Assembly (NCBI GenBank): GCA_965207225.1
Contig: CBDBLV010000005.1
Coordinates: 160,001 to 224,000 of the forward strand
Direction of reading: 5' to 3'
DNA length: 64,000 bases
Source of the DNA: Dehalococcoidia bacterium
Lineage (GTDB): Bacteria > Chloroflexota > Dehalococcoidia > Plut-88900
A model generated the notes under the pieces. That model did no database searches and had not been told where the DNA came from. It saw only the letters and a list, made by a program, of their open reading frames with translations. The translations under genes and the position numbers were made by a program. Positions 54,801 through 64,000 of this stretch are shown piece by piece (positions within the stretch are counted from its first letter, which is position 1; every line of letters starts with the position of its first letter).

Positions 54801-55096
54801 TCGGGATACCTACTATCATCTCTGAGGAGCTGGCTAAAGAAGGCATGGCCCGGGAGCTGGTGCACCGGCTGCAGACCATGCGGAGGTCGGCGGGGTTCGA
54901 GGTGGTGGACCAGATAGTGAGTTACATGGTCGGGGAAGGGGCCCCGACGGAGGCCCTTGCCGCCCACGAGACCTACGTGAAGCAGGAGACGCTGTCCCAA
55001 GAGGTCTTCACGACCACGCCACCGGTGGAGGCGTTCGTGGAGACGCACAAGCTGGACGGTCGGGAGGTGGTGCTGGGGGTGGTGAGGGTGGGGTAG
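51821..55096 (+). CDS. ileS: Isoleucine--tRNA ligase, type 2
   Basis: EGPPTAN..GIHH, GWDTHGLPVE, WTTTPWTL, DQTRGWFY, KMSKS; long C-terminus with KVRQPL and ARELVHRLQ. Confidence 0.97.
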   Translation: MNEKMFEPVSSKVSFPELETRVLEFWKERDIATRSVEERRDRPLYVMYEGPPTANAGPGIHHVLSRVFKDIMPRYKTMKGFCAPRKAGWDTHGLPVELEVEKSLGITQKAQIEEHGIREFNAACKQNVMRYVKEWEDLTDRIGFWIDMNDPYVTFENSYIESMWWILKQLWDRGLIHEAYKSIWHCPRCVTSLSDHEVAQGYNDQTKDVAIFVKFRVDLEEDDYSNDARKLIGGSHLPTYILAWTTTPWTLPGNTALAIDPEADYAVVEDKADGSIPERLIMAEALVSKLLPPGYDTVGTVKGSDLVGMGYKSLYNPVAYKVPGIGKFAEGRVQRGASYQPGQTATFHVVGGDFVSLDEGTGVVHIAPAFGEDDFKIGASEELYFVQHIDLQGNMIGNFPFAGKFVKDADSDIIDDLTARELLFRHTQIVHTYPFCWRCSSPLVYYAKSSWYINTTAIKDTLLDNNDKVNWYPGHIKWGRFGEWLRNVQDWAISRERYWGTPIPFWQCDSCEKYECVGSIEELRDKKNVRGVPEPLDLHRPYVDEIFYECGDCGGTMSRILEVMDVWFDSGAMPIAQWHYPFENNGMKEDGRFPADYICEAVDQTRGWFYSLHAVSSLVFGEPCYRNVICLGHILDEAGEKMSKSKGNVVQPWSVLDAQGADALRWYLYTASPPGNPRRFSGELVQEAIRKFMLTLWNTYSFFVTYANIDGYRPNGTGNGAKASGLDRWIESELNRLVKDVTESLDNYDPTNAGRRIEAFVDVLSNWYVRRSRRRFWKSENDDEKQSAYDTLYGCLVTLSKLIAPFTPFLAEELYRNLVSTVDDSAPESVHLTEFPEADESLIDPALNDEARLAMKISSLGRAARSKAAIKVRQPLASVKVVVRGEGEREALRRSFGEVSEELNVKTLEFMESASEVYDYKVSANTPLLGPKYGKDTPKIVKGLTAMDPGEVARVVQSGGSIEVSGFTLAPEEVNLEAVEKEGVSVAAEGDYVVGIPTIISEELAKEGMARELVHRLQTMRRSAGFEVVDQIVSYMVGEGAPTEALAAHETYVKQETLSQEVFTTTPPVEAFVETHKLDGREVVLGVVRVG

Positions 55097-55136
55097 GGGG
55101 TTGTCTTCCCTACGAAAACGATCGATTTCTCGTCAT

Positions 55137-55751
55137 TTATTCATCTTGCCCTGCCACTCTACTGGGAGCTGCCAATAGGCGCCAACCTGCAACGCACAGG
55201 CAGCCATATAAGGTGCCCTCTGCCAGGCGTTGCATTAGGCCTCTCCATTGATCAAGGTCAGGGACCAAAGCCAGCGTGTAAATAGTTGCGAAAGTTGTCG
55301 CCAGCACCAACCAGCCCACTCTCCCGGCCAGCGAGAGTCTTTGGTTAAGAGATAGGAATACCAATCCTGACGTGGTCGCACAAAGGGTAGCTACACTCAA
55401 CACATTATGGATATTTTGGGAAAGACTACCTGTACTGGGACACCCCAAGTCACAAGGAGCGAAGGCTGACCCAATATAGGCAATGGGCTCGGCGGCAAGA
55501 AGCCAATAACCCAGGTGACTGACTCCGGTCAATTTTGTGTGTGGGGCAACCGCGAGCAATAGCGCAAGGCCAATGATTCCCAGAGGAAGAAACCCGAAAT
55601 AACCGATCTGCCAGCTCCAAGCTGAACCCCTGGCATTGAGTTCGCTAATGTACTGGCCGGTATGGCTAAAATCGGTTTTTAACCACGCGCCGCCAAACAA
55701 TACTGCGAGATAGAATGAAACCAGTACCAGTATGAGCCAACGCCAATTCAT
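55137..55751 (-). CDS. DUF998-family membrane protein
   Basis: QYISELNA, APCDLGC, IHN, GLMQR; lower GC. Confidence 0.75.
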   Translation of the reverse strand: MNWRWLILVLVSFYLAVLFGGAWLKTDFSHTGQYISELNARGSAWSWQIGYFGFLPLGIIGLALLLAVAPHTKLTGVSHLGYWLLAAEPIAYIGSAFAPCDLGCPSTGSLSQNIHNVLSVATLCATTSGLVFLSLNQRLSLAGRVGWLVLATTFATIYTLALVPDLDQWRGLMQRLAEGTLYGCLCVAGWRLLAAPSRVAGQDE

Positions 55752-55873
55752 CAGAATCTATTATTCGAGGGTACAACTCAATCAAAGGATACGCATACAC
55801 CTAAAAGACTGCCCCTAGAAGAGGCAGTAGGGTGACCTTCGTGGCCGTTTCTACCGTGCGGCCGGTCAAGGTG

Positions 55874-56938
55874 CTACTGGCGGACGGCGAGGACTACGGA
55901 GAAGGTGAGTTCTTCGCCTTCGCGGACTATGGTGATGGGGAGGGCCTGGCCGATGGGGCTGGTGCGGATTAGGTGGATGAACTCGTTGCTGGAGGTGAGG
56001 ACTTCGCCGTTGAAGTTGATGGCGACGTCCCGGGGCTCGATGCCAGCGTCGGAGGCGGGGGTGCCGTTTAGGACGTTAGTAATGAGGACGCCTTCTTCGA
56101 CGTCCAGGTCGAACCGCATGGCTATTACGGGATTGACGGTAGCCAGAGTCACGCCCAGGTAGCCACGCACCACCTCACCGGTGGCGATCAGCTGCTCGAC
56201 GACACGGTTGATGGTGGTTGTGCCCATGGCAAACCCGATTCCCGGCTGGGTCCTGTCGATGGCCGTGTTGATGCCCACAATCTCGCTGTCCATGTTGAGG
56301 AGGGGGCCGCCGCTGTTGCCCGGGTTGATGGCGGCGTCGGTCTGCACCAGGTCGCTTAGCTCGCCGTCGCTGACGGAGACGGACCTGCCGAGGGCGCTCA
56401 CGACGCCCGCAGTGACGGTGGGCCCGCCCTCCAAGGCCAGGGCGTTGCCGATGGCGACGACGGGTTCGCCGATGCGGAGGGTCTCGCTGTCTCCGAAGCT
56501 GAGGGTGGGCAGGTCATCGGCGTCTATTCTCAGGACAGCGAGGTCGGAGGTCGGGTCTGCGCCGACTATTTCGGCGCTGAAATGACGGTCATCGGTTAGG
56601 GTAACCAGGACAAAGTTAGCCCCTTCTACTACGTGGCTATTGGTGAGAATCAGGCCGTCCTCGCTGATGATGACGCCGGAACCACTGTAATCGGACTGGG
56701 AGGCAGGGTCCAGGAACTGCCTGAGATCTACGGGGCCGGTAAGGATGGAGACGACGGCGGGGAGGGACTGCTCCGCCACGTCGGCGAAGAAGAGAAGGCC
56801 CGGGATGGAGGTAGGGGTGGTGCTTGGTGCCGGGGTCTCGGTAGGGGTAGGGGTGGGCTCGGGGTCCGGGATGCAGGCAAAGGCAGTTACAGACAACAGG
56901 AGAGCGACGGTGAGGGCAGTTAGCAACGAGGGTCTCAT
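55874..56938 (-). CDS. htrA: HtrA/DegP-family serine protease lipoprotein
   Basis: GSGVI, TNSHVV, DLAVL, QTDAAINPGNSGGPL, PDZ domain. Confidence 0.92.
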   Translation of the reverse strand: MRPSLLTALTVALLLSVTAFACIPDPEPTPTPTETPAPSTTPTSIPGLLFFADVAEQSLPAVVSILTGPVDLRQFLDPASQSDYSGSGVIISEDGLILTNSHVVEGANFVLVTLTDDRHFSAEIVGADPTSDLAVLRIDADDLPTLSFGDSETLRIGEPVVAIGNALALEGGPTVTAGVVSALGRSVSVSDGELSDLVQTDAAINPGNSGGPLLNMDSEIVGINTAIDRTQPGIGFAMGTTTINRVVEQLIATGEVVRGYLGVTLATVNPVIAMRFDLDVEEGVLITNVLNGTPASDAGIEPRDVAINFNGEVLTSSNEFIHLIRTSPIGQALPITIVREGEELTFSVVLAVRQ

Positions 56939-56954
56939 GGTCGGGGGGAGTGGG

Positions 56955-57908
56955 CTAGCCGCCGTCCTCGGTCTTGGTATAGACCAGCATATCCACGATT
57001 ATCTGCCCCGAGCCATCGCCGTTGTCGTCCATCTGCTGCCTCTTGCGCCGAAGCTTGTTCAGCCGGGAAGCGACCACTGCGCCGAAGAGGAGGACGACGC
57101 CGGAGAAGTATGCCCAGGCCAACAATACCACCATGGTTGCTGCGGTGCCGTAGACCAGGTTGTAGATGGAGATGTTGGCTACATACCAGACGAAGCCGTG
57201 GCGCAGGGCTTCGAAGGATACGGCGGCGATGGCTGCGCCGGGCCATACGTCCCTCCAGTGAACCCGGGTGTTGGGGATGTACCGGTAGAGGGTGGCGAAA
57301 GAAACAAAGGTGAGCAGGAGTGGCAGGCCCCAGCCGAGGAGGAACCAGGTACCGCCCCAAGCGCTGCCGGCCTCCGTGCTGGCCGTACTGCGAGAGAATT
57401 CGATGATGGGGGTGATGGAGAGGGAAAGGGTGAATATGAGCCATGAGCCGAGCATGAGTGAGAAGTCGATCACACGCTCCCGCATGAAGGACCGGGGCCT
57501 GAAGATGGCCCACGCGGCATTGATTCCCTTGCGGGTAGCGGAGAATACGGCGAGAGAGGCCCAAACCAACCCAATCAAGGCGACGGTCCCAGTGTAGGGC
57601 CAGTCGTTGGAGATGTTTATCAGAGTATCGGTTATGAATTCCCGGGAGACGGGGATGGCGTTGCCGATCCGTTCAATAAAGGCGTCGTAGGACAGGAAGT
57701 CGCCGGTGATGATGATGACGGCGAGGACCATGGGGAACATGGAGAAAAGCCCCCAGAAGGCGATGGAAGCGGCCATGTGGGGGACGTTGAAGGTCAGGAA
57801 ATCGTGGACAATAGACTTGAAGAGGGACTTGATAATGTCCCGTCGCCTCTGGCCAAGCCTGTCGCGCTTGTTCAGCCAGTCGGGGTTGAATATGGCTGGG
57901 ACTTTCAT
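56955..57908 (-). CDS. YihY/virulence factor BrkB family membrane protein
   Basis: AASIAFW..FSMFP, LYRYIP, VWPGA, YNLVYG. Confidence 0.88.
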   Translation of the reverse strand: MKVPAIFNPDWLNKRDRLGQRRRDIIKSLFKSIVHDFLTFNVPHMAASIAFWGLFSMFPMVLAVIIITGDFLSYDAFIERIGNAIPVSREFITDTLINISNDWPYTGTVALIGLVWASLAVFSATRKGINAAWAIFRPRSFMRERVIDFSLMLGSWLIFTLSLSITPIIEFSRSTASTEAGSAWGGTWFLLGWGLPLLLTFVSFATLYRYIPNTRVHWRDVWPGAAIAAVSFEALRHGFVWYVANISIYNLVYGTAATMVVLLAWAYFSGVVLLFGAVVASRLNKLRRKRQQMDDNGDGSGQIIVDMLVYTKTEDGG

Positions 57909-57971
57909 CTTATGCTAAGTAGTGAATAATGACAGGGCACCACATGGGGTCCAGGGCGTCGGGGAGCGGGG

Positions 57972-58715
57972 CTAGAGAATGGCTCCGGCGGGCGCCTTGC
58001 CCCGACTTTCCACCGCTTCTCTCTGAGCTTCGAATAGCTGCTTGAGGCCTTGGGAGACGGAGTCCAGGATGGAGTCCATCTCGTCCCGGGAGAAGGGGCG
58101 GGCCTCGCCGGTGCCCTGAACCTCGATGATCTGACCCGAGTCGGTCATCACGACGTTGAAGTCGACGCTGGCGGATGAGTCTTCCTCATAGCACATGTCC
58201 AGTAGGACGTCGCTGCCCCGGATGCCGGCGCTCAGGCCGGCGACGGCGGAGACCATGGGCGACGCTCGGCCGGTGAGGCCCAGCTTGTCCATGGAGTCGA
58301 GCAGGGCCACGTAGGCGCCGGTGATGGAGGCCATTCGGGTGCCGCCGTCGGCCTGCAGGACGTCACAGTCGACGGTCAGGGTCCTTTCGCCAAGCTTTGT
58401 CATGTCGGTGACGGAGCGGAGGGAGCGGCCGATAAGGCGCTGAATCTCCATGCTCCTGCCGCTGGGCCGGCCCTTGGACTGTTCTCTGGGTGTGCGCTCG
58501 GGTGTGGCCCGGGGGAGCATGGCGTATTCTGCGGTGATCCACCCCTGCCCCCGGCCCCTCAGGAAGAAGGGCACGCGATCTTCAACAGACACGGTGCAGA
58601 GCACCTTGGTCCGGCCCTGGGAAATCATCGCAGATCCTTCGGCGAAGGCCTGGATGCCCCTGACAATCCGCACAGGCCGAAGCTGGCCCGCGGACCTGCC
58701 ATCGGTCCTGATCAA
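57972..58715 (-). CDS. rph: Ribonuclease PH
   Basis: RTDGR, GWITAEYAMLPRAT, EIQRLIGRSLR, DCDVLQADGGTR, IEVQGTGE. Confidence 0.96.
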   Translation of the reverse strand: MIRTDGRSAGQLRPVRIVRGIQAFAEGSAMISQGRTKVLCTVSVEDRVPFFLRGRGQGWITAEYAMLPRATPERTPREQSKGRPSGRSMEIQRLIGRSLRSVTDMTKLGERTLTVDCDVLQADGGTRMASITGAYVALLDSMDKLGLTGRASPMVSAVAGLSAGIRGSDVLLDMCYEEDSSASVDFNVVMTDSGQIIEVQGTGEARPFSRDEMDSILDSVSQGLKQLFEAQREAVESRGKAPAGAIL

Positions 58716-58815
58716 CTTCCCTCCCCTAGCTGGGCAACCGGCCCCTATAGCCGACATGCCTGCATTCGAGTATAGCATCGGGTGAAATGGCGGGCAATTT
58801 GGGGCGGGAGGCTGG

Positions 58816-61800
58816 TCAAAACGGCACCCGATAGATTTTGACCTCGGGGTTGGGGGAGGTGGGGGTGGGGTAGATGGGTTCGAGGAGGCCGTCCCGGGCC
58901 ATCAACTCGAACTTGTCGAGGCCCGGCTGGGGGTAGTAGAGCCGCTCCAGCTGGCCGACGTAGATGTAGCGAACATTGTATTTTTCGATGAGGCGTCGGG
59001 TGTAATCCAGGTCGGTGGCGGTGTAAAGGGCCTGGACGTCGGCGCGGCGGGCGGAGACGTGGTCCCGGTCCTCCCAGCGCTGCTGCTGCTGATGCCAGTC
59101 CCAGCCGACGACGGTCGGGAGCCCGGTGTAAACCGAGACCCGGCTCCCCCAGGTGTACAGCCCCGAGTTCCCCTCCAGAATGACGGGAGATCCCTCCAGG
59201 TTGTCCTGCAGCCAGATGATGGCGTGGTAGTCCCAGCCCAGTTCCAGCACTTCATGGGGTTCGATGGAACCGCTGCGGTCTCGATCATCGTAGTAGACGG
59301 CGCCGGGCATATAGGCCATGCCGTCGATGGTGGTCGGGGAGTCGTTGAAGCGCTGCTTCGAGCGCTCGGGGGTGGCGGCGACGGGGTAGACCATGCCCGC
59401 GACGATCAAGACTACCAGTAACTGTGTCCAGGCAATTCTCCGGGCCGTGAATTTAGGCGGAATCGCCATTGCACCGAGCCGCCAGGCGAAGTAAGCAGAG
59501 GCCAACGCCATCAGGGTCCAGGCGTGGAAGTAGAACTTGAAGACGGTGTTCATGCGGCCTGGGTCGACGAGCTTGACCTTGAAGAACTCGACGCCTATGC
59601 CCAGGGCGAGGGCCACGGCGAGCATGAGGAGGGCGAAAAGCTCGGGGCCCGAGCCCTCCTCCCTCTTGATGAGCAACTTTATCCCTACCAGAGCTGTCAG
59701 AAGCAGGACCACGGTTGCGAAGGCGGCGGTGTGGTATCCGAAGCCCGCCATAGCCGCCAGCAGGATAACTATGCCGACCACGGGCCAGAGCCACTGGGCA
59801 CGCAGGGCGGCGAGCCGGAGGAAGGCTGTCGGGGACCGGAGGCTGGACCTGATGGGAAATTCCTGCCAGAGGCGATAGAAAAGATAGCTGATGGCGATGA
59901 ACAGGAAGATGCCGTGGATGGCCAGGTACTGGTAGAGGGGTGTGGCGAACTCGTTGGGTTCGATGAAGGGGAAGTCTACTGAGCCTTCGTAGCTGAGGTG
60001 GAAGGGTGCGAAGAACAGTATGCCGAGAAGCCAGACGCCCAACCCCCCCGCCCCGACCAGCACGACGGTCCTGCCCGAGACTCTCCCTTTCGTGAAGGCC
60101 AGCGTGGCCAGGAACACGACGCCCAGCGATAGCAGAAGGTAGGTCGGGTAGTCCCAGCTGTTGATGGTGAACAGGGCGCCGACGGCCAAGCCGAGGACGG
60201 CAATCCTCGCCGCCCAGGCCCGAGTCGAGCATCCATTTGCGGCACCCAGGACAAGGGCCAGCCCGAGACCCAGGGCTAGGATGGCGAAGGGTAGGGCGAT
60301 GAGGTGGGCGTGGAGGTCGGCGTAGAGGAAGCTGAAGAAGGGGAATTCGGTGATTTCGCAGCCGCCACAGGAGTTGAGGCCGCCCTGCGCCGAGGTGTCG
60401 ATTACCCGGCTGCTCCGCCAGTAGTCGAAGACACCGAGCTCACCATCGCCGAAGGTTACCCTCCACATGGCCTGGACGAGCTGGACCATGCCGTCCAGGT
60501 TTCCGATTATGGCAACGAACACGGCTCCGGCTATTCCGGCCAGGTAGGGGCCCGAGGGGCTGGGGGGTGGGGCGCGGTCGCCGCCCCCGTTTCTGCTTGC
60601 AGCGAGGTTGTAGATGAGGCTGAAGGCCCCGCCCACGGTCAGGGCGAAGACCAGCGCTATTGCCAGGTTGAATGCCGTGGAGGGCAGGATGCCCGTGAGC
60701 TTGGTCAGGGATGCGACCTGGAACTGGCCGAAGTAGTAGTAGTTCAGGTGGCCGCCTGAGAACCATGGGTCGTAGGGGGGCATCTCGGTGGAACGGGTGA
60801 CGGCATTGAGGTAGGCGAAGTCCATGGGCTTCTCGCCGCCGCGCCACGGGTGCCAGAGGTCGGGGTTCCAGGCCCGGATCCCGAAAAAGGAGACCAGGGC
60901 CACGACGAAGATCGCTTCGCAGAACAGGATGAGCTTCCAGCGTCGCCGGAAGAAGTCGAGGACGTCGACCTCACCCCTCCAAACGAGGAGCCCCGAGACA
61001 AGGGCCACGGCCAGTATCATCAGCCACAGTCCAACCGCCGAAAATTCCAATATCCCCAGGCTGGCCAGCAGCCAGGCAAGGTAGGCAACAAGAAGCAGGC
61101 CGAGGGCCTTGGACAGCAGGTATCCGCCGTCGGGGAGGCGGCGGAAGAGGAACAGGCCGATGGGCAGGACGGCAAAGGCAATTATCTGGATGGCGATGTA
61201 CCAGACCAGCCCCGGGGCCCGGTTGGCAAAGCTGGTACGTTCGAAGATGTCCGAGAAGGTGCCGCCCTCCTGCTGCCGGACGGCACTCTTCTCGGAAAGC
61301 ATGCCTCGTTCGGGGATGCCGGGTGTCGGGGGGGCGCGTATGGTCTCGCCGGGGAGGGGTGTTTCCAGCAGGGTGCGAAGGGTCGCCTCGTTCAGTTGGC
61401 CGACGTTCTTGAGGATGATGGGCGTCGGGTGTTCGTAGTTGGTGAAGGAATCGTCGGCGTGGCCGAGGTCCAGCGCCAGCCCCGACACCCGGCCCGGCCC
61501 CAGCGCTGCCGGAGCCATTAGCCCAGGCCTTGAGAAAGTGTCGTGTACGAAACTTACGCCCAGGAAGTTTGGATGGGCCTCCGCAACGTAGTCCACCTCG
61601 AAACCCAATTCGCCGGAGAACAGGAGCTTGTAGTAGCGGGTGCTCAGCGGGTATCGGTCGGGGAGGGTGGGGATGCTGCCGTAGAGCCGGTTGCTGAAGA
61701 GGATTACGTAGTCCGAGTTGGCAAGGGCGTCGGCGAGGTGGTCGGCCTTGCTGCCGACCACGGTGAATCCATCGTGGTCCGTGTACTGGATGGGCACATC

Positions 61801-63309
61801 ATCGGGGTCGTAGAGCTGGAGGGTGACTCGCCGGTAGGAGTGGAGGTTGGGCAGGCTCTCCTCCCAGTGCTCCATAGCCAGAACGGAATTGGAAGGAACG
61901 TTCTCACGCACGTATTCCGAGGCCCGGGAGGCGGGGTGATCGTCCGTATAAACATTGGCGTAGGCAAATGAGTAGAAAACCGTTGCGAAGGCGATAAGGG
62001 CCACGGCAGCAATGCCGCCCCCGTAAAGCACGTTGGATTTGAAGGAAAGGGAGCGTAGCCGGGTCAGGCCCTTGTCGCCCAGATTAGCGGCCATGATGGC
62101 GAGAAATGGCGTGACCGGCAGCAGGTAGCGCAGGAACTTCACTTCGGCGAGACCCGTGATCAGGAAGAAAGGTACGAACCAGGCCAGGATAAGGATGTCG
62201 GGCCGGGTGCGCTTCAGGGCCGCCCTGACTGCCGTAAACCCGAGACCCGCCCACATCAGAAGCGCCAGCGGCAGCCCCACCCCCCATACAGAGAACTGCC
62301 AGATGTGGTAGGCGAAGGGCAGGCTGTCGTCGTACTGGCGGGTGTAGGGGAAGTCAATGACGCGGCGGACCATCTGGCTCTGCTGGTAGGCGTCGGCAGC
62401 GTAGTAAGGGAGGTCGAGGATGGCGTAGGGCTGGGCTACGGCGAAGGCGATAAATCCGAATATGGCGGCGATGCCCAGCTTTCGGAGGGCCGACTTCAGG
62501 GCGTCGGGGGTGGGGGTAAGGGTTTCCAGCGTTGATCCGTTGCGCAGGGCCAGAAGCCCGAGACCCACGGCGAAACCCGCCAGCATGGGCAGCGCGCTGA
62601 ACTTGGAGGCCATGGCCAGCCCGAAAAAGAGGCCTGCCAGGGCCGCATCTCGTCTATGACCCTCTTCGGAGAGGCGGATGACGAAGAAGAATGAGAGGCA
62701 GCTGAAGAAGGTGAGCATGGCCTCGGTGGTGTAGAAGTGGGCCAGCTGGATATGCAGAACGGCGAAGGCGGAGAAGAACGCGGCCAGAAGCCCGACGCGC
62801 TCGTTGAAGAGGCGTCGGCCGATAAGGAAGACGACAAAGACTGTGCCCGTGTCGAAGAGGGCGGAAAGGACCCGACCCACGATGGTCAGGTCGTACATAT
62901 TGGAGTCTTCCACTCCCGGTATGACGTTGGCCACCCATCCCACCGCCCCGAGAAGATAGAAGGGCAGGCTCCCGTAGTCGTACACCCCGTGCCCCGAGGT
63001 GGCGCCGGGGGGTCTCGGGACGAGGGTGCTCTCCTGGACCCTGAACAGTTCCAACGGTGACTTGAGGGAGTCGAGAGACAGCTGTTGCGCGGTCCAGACC
63101 ACGGAGCGTTCGTCGGGGTGGAGGGAGTGGGGGGAGCCGGCGTCCCAGTTGGCGCCATAGAGCCGGAGCCCGAGAGCGAAGACCAGGATCAGTATGAGGA
63201 CAAGGGTGACTGGGGAGGGGCGGGGGAGGGTCAGTCCTGTACGCGCCTTTGTGCTAGCCTGACTCTCTTGCGCGGAGCGATCTTCGGAAGGGAGGTTGGC
63301 AAGCCACAT
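58816..63309 (-). CDS. PMT-like glycosyltransferase fused to a DUF2298 (YYY) membrane domain
   Basis: LHPDER, YGSLP, GGEKPMD, PPYDPWF, NYYYFG, ITEFPFFSFLYADLHAH, RMNTVFKFY. Confidence 0.85.
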   Translation of the reverse strand: MWLANLPSEDRSAQESQASTKARTGLTLPRPSPVTLVLILILVFALGLRLYGANWDAGSPHSLHPDERSVVWTAQQLSLDSLKSPLELFRVQESTLVPRPPGATSGHGVYDYGSLPFYLLGAVGWVANVIPGVEDSNMYDLTIVGRVLSALFDTGTVFVVFLIGRRLFNERVGLLAAFFSAFAVLHIQLAHFYTTEAMLTFFSCLSFFFVIRLSEEGHRRDAALAGLFFGLAMASKFSALPMLAGFAVGLGLLALRNGSTLETLTPTPDALKSALRKLGIAAIFGFIAFAVAQPYAILDLPYYAADAYQQSQMVRRVIDFPYTRQYDDSLPFAYHIWQFSVWGVGLPLALLMWAGLGFTAVRAALKRTRPDILILAWFVPFFLITGLAEVKFLRYLLPVTPFLAIMAANLGDKGLTRLRSLSFKSNVLYGGGIAAVALIAFATVFYSFAYANVYTDDHPASRASEYVRENVPSNSVLAMEHWEESLPNLHSYRRVTLQLYDPDDVPIQYTDHDGFTVVGSKADHLADALANSDYVILFSNRLYGSIPTLPDRYPLSTRYYKLLFSGELGFEVDYVAEAHPNFLGVSFVHDTFSRPGLMAPAALGPGRVSGLALDLGHADDSFTNYEHPTPIILKNVGQLNEATLRTLLETPLPGETIRAPPTPGIPERGMLSEKSAVRQQEGGTFSDIFERTSFANRAPGLVWYIAIQIIAFAVLPIGLFLFRRLPDGGYLLSKALGLLLVAYLAWLLASLGILEFSAVGLWLMILAVALVSGLLVWRGEVDVLDFFRRRWKLILFCEAIFVVALVSFFGIRAWNPDLWHPWRGGEKPMDFAYLNAVTRSTEMPPYDPWFSGGHLNYYYFGQFQVASLTKLTGILPSTAFNLAIALVFALTVGGAFSLIYNLAASRNGGGDRAPPPSPSGPYLAGIAGAVFVAIIGNLDGMVQLVQAMWRVTFGDGELGVFDYWRSSRVIDTSAQGGLNSCGGCEITEFPFFSFLYADLHAHLIALPFAILALGLGLALVLGAANGCSTRAWAARIAVLGLAVGALFTINSWDYPTYLLLSLGVVFLATLAFTKGRVSGRTVVLVGAGGLGVWLLGILFFAPFHLSYEGSVDFPFIEPNEFATPLYQYLAIHGIFLFIAISYLFYRLWQEFPIRSSLRSPTAFLRLAALRAQWLWPVVGIVILLAAMAGFGYHTAAFATVVLLLTALVGIKLLIKREEGSGPELFALLMLAVALALGIGVEFFKVKLVDPGRMNTVFKFYFHAWTLMALASAYFAWRLGAMAIPPKFTARRIAWTQLLVVLIVAGMVYPVAATPERSKQRFNDSPTTIDGMAYMPGAVYYDDRDRSGSIEPHEVLELGWDYHAIIWLQDNLEGSPVILEGNSGLYTWGSRVSVYTGLPTVVGWDWHQQQQRWEDRDHVSARRADVQALYTATDLDYTRRLIEKYNVRYIYVGQLERLYYPQPGLDKFELMARDGLLEPIYPTPTSPNPEVKIYRVPF

Positions 63310-63320
63310 CCGGGCCTCGG

Positions 63321-63360
63321 ATCACCCTCACCCTAGCCCTCTCCCATCGAGGGAGAGGGG
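63321..63360 (+). repeat. Repeat family D
   Basis: ATCACCCTCACCCTAGCCCTCTCCCATCGAGGGAGAGGGG. Confidence 0.85.
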
Positions 63361-63404
63361 ACAGGACCTCTCTTCCCCCAGGGGAGGGAGTTGCTCATTT
63401 GCAC

Positions 63405-64000
<596 letters not shown>

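Overview
GC-rich bacterial chromosome segment. Gene content suggests Chloroflexota, probably Dehalococcoidia/SAR202-like (inference from the DUF2298/YYY glycosyltransferase, split ADP-forming acyl-CoA ligase, T-box-controlled ileS and LppX-like lipoproteins). Positions 1-8.2 kb hold the end of an integrative element: XRE HTH, a complete IS21 copy with a TCGA target duplication, a RHH/PIN toxin-antitoxin pair, a large serine recombinase and two low-GC HEPN-motif genes. The rest is housekeeping and metabolic sequence: crcB, cupins, an ERG4/ERG24 sterol reductase, yebC-ruvC-ruvA, rpsP-khpA-rimM, malic enzyme, pstSCAB with a phoU-DUF47 fusion, pcrA, menG/ubiE, acsA, acyl-CoA ligase, ileS, htrA, rph and gap. 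Small low-GC inserts are scattered through it (TA modules, a HATPase/STAS pair, a type II R-M system). The most unusual signals are: (1) at least seven families of short palindromic repeats in modular intergenic arrays, all in one chromosomal orientation, including a family with constant flanks and a hypervariable but near-perfectly paired stem, and one that nests inside the others; (2) a stand-alone, promoter- and terminator-bounded structured ~300-nt transcript at 12.4-12.7 kb; (3) a degenerate GGDEF-RHH fusion heading the pst operon; (4) a CxxU selenoprotein missed by the ORF track; (5) a methyltransferase promoter whose spacer holds two GACGTC palindromes; (6) an IleRS2 with the GIHH motif. 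All calls were made by eye, with no searches or folding runs.
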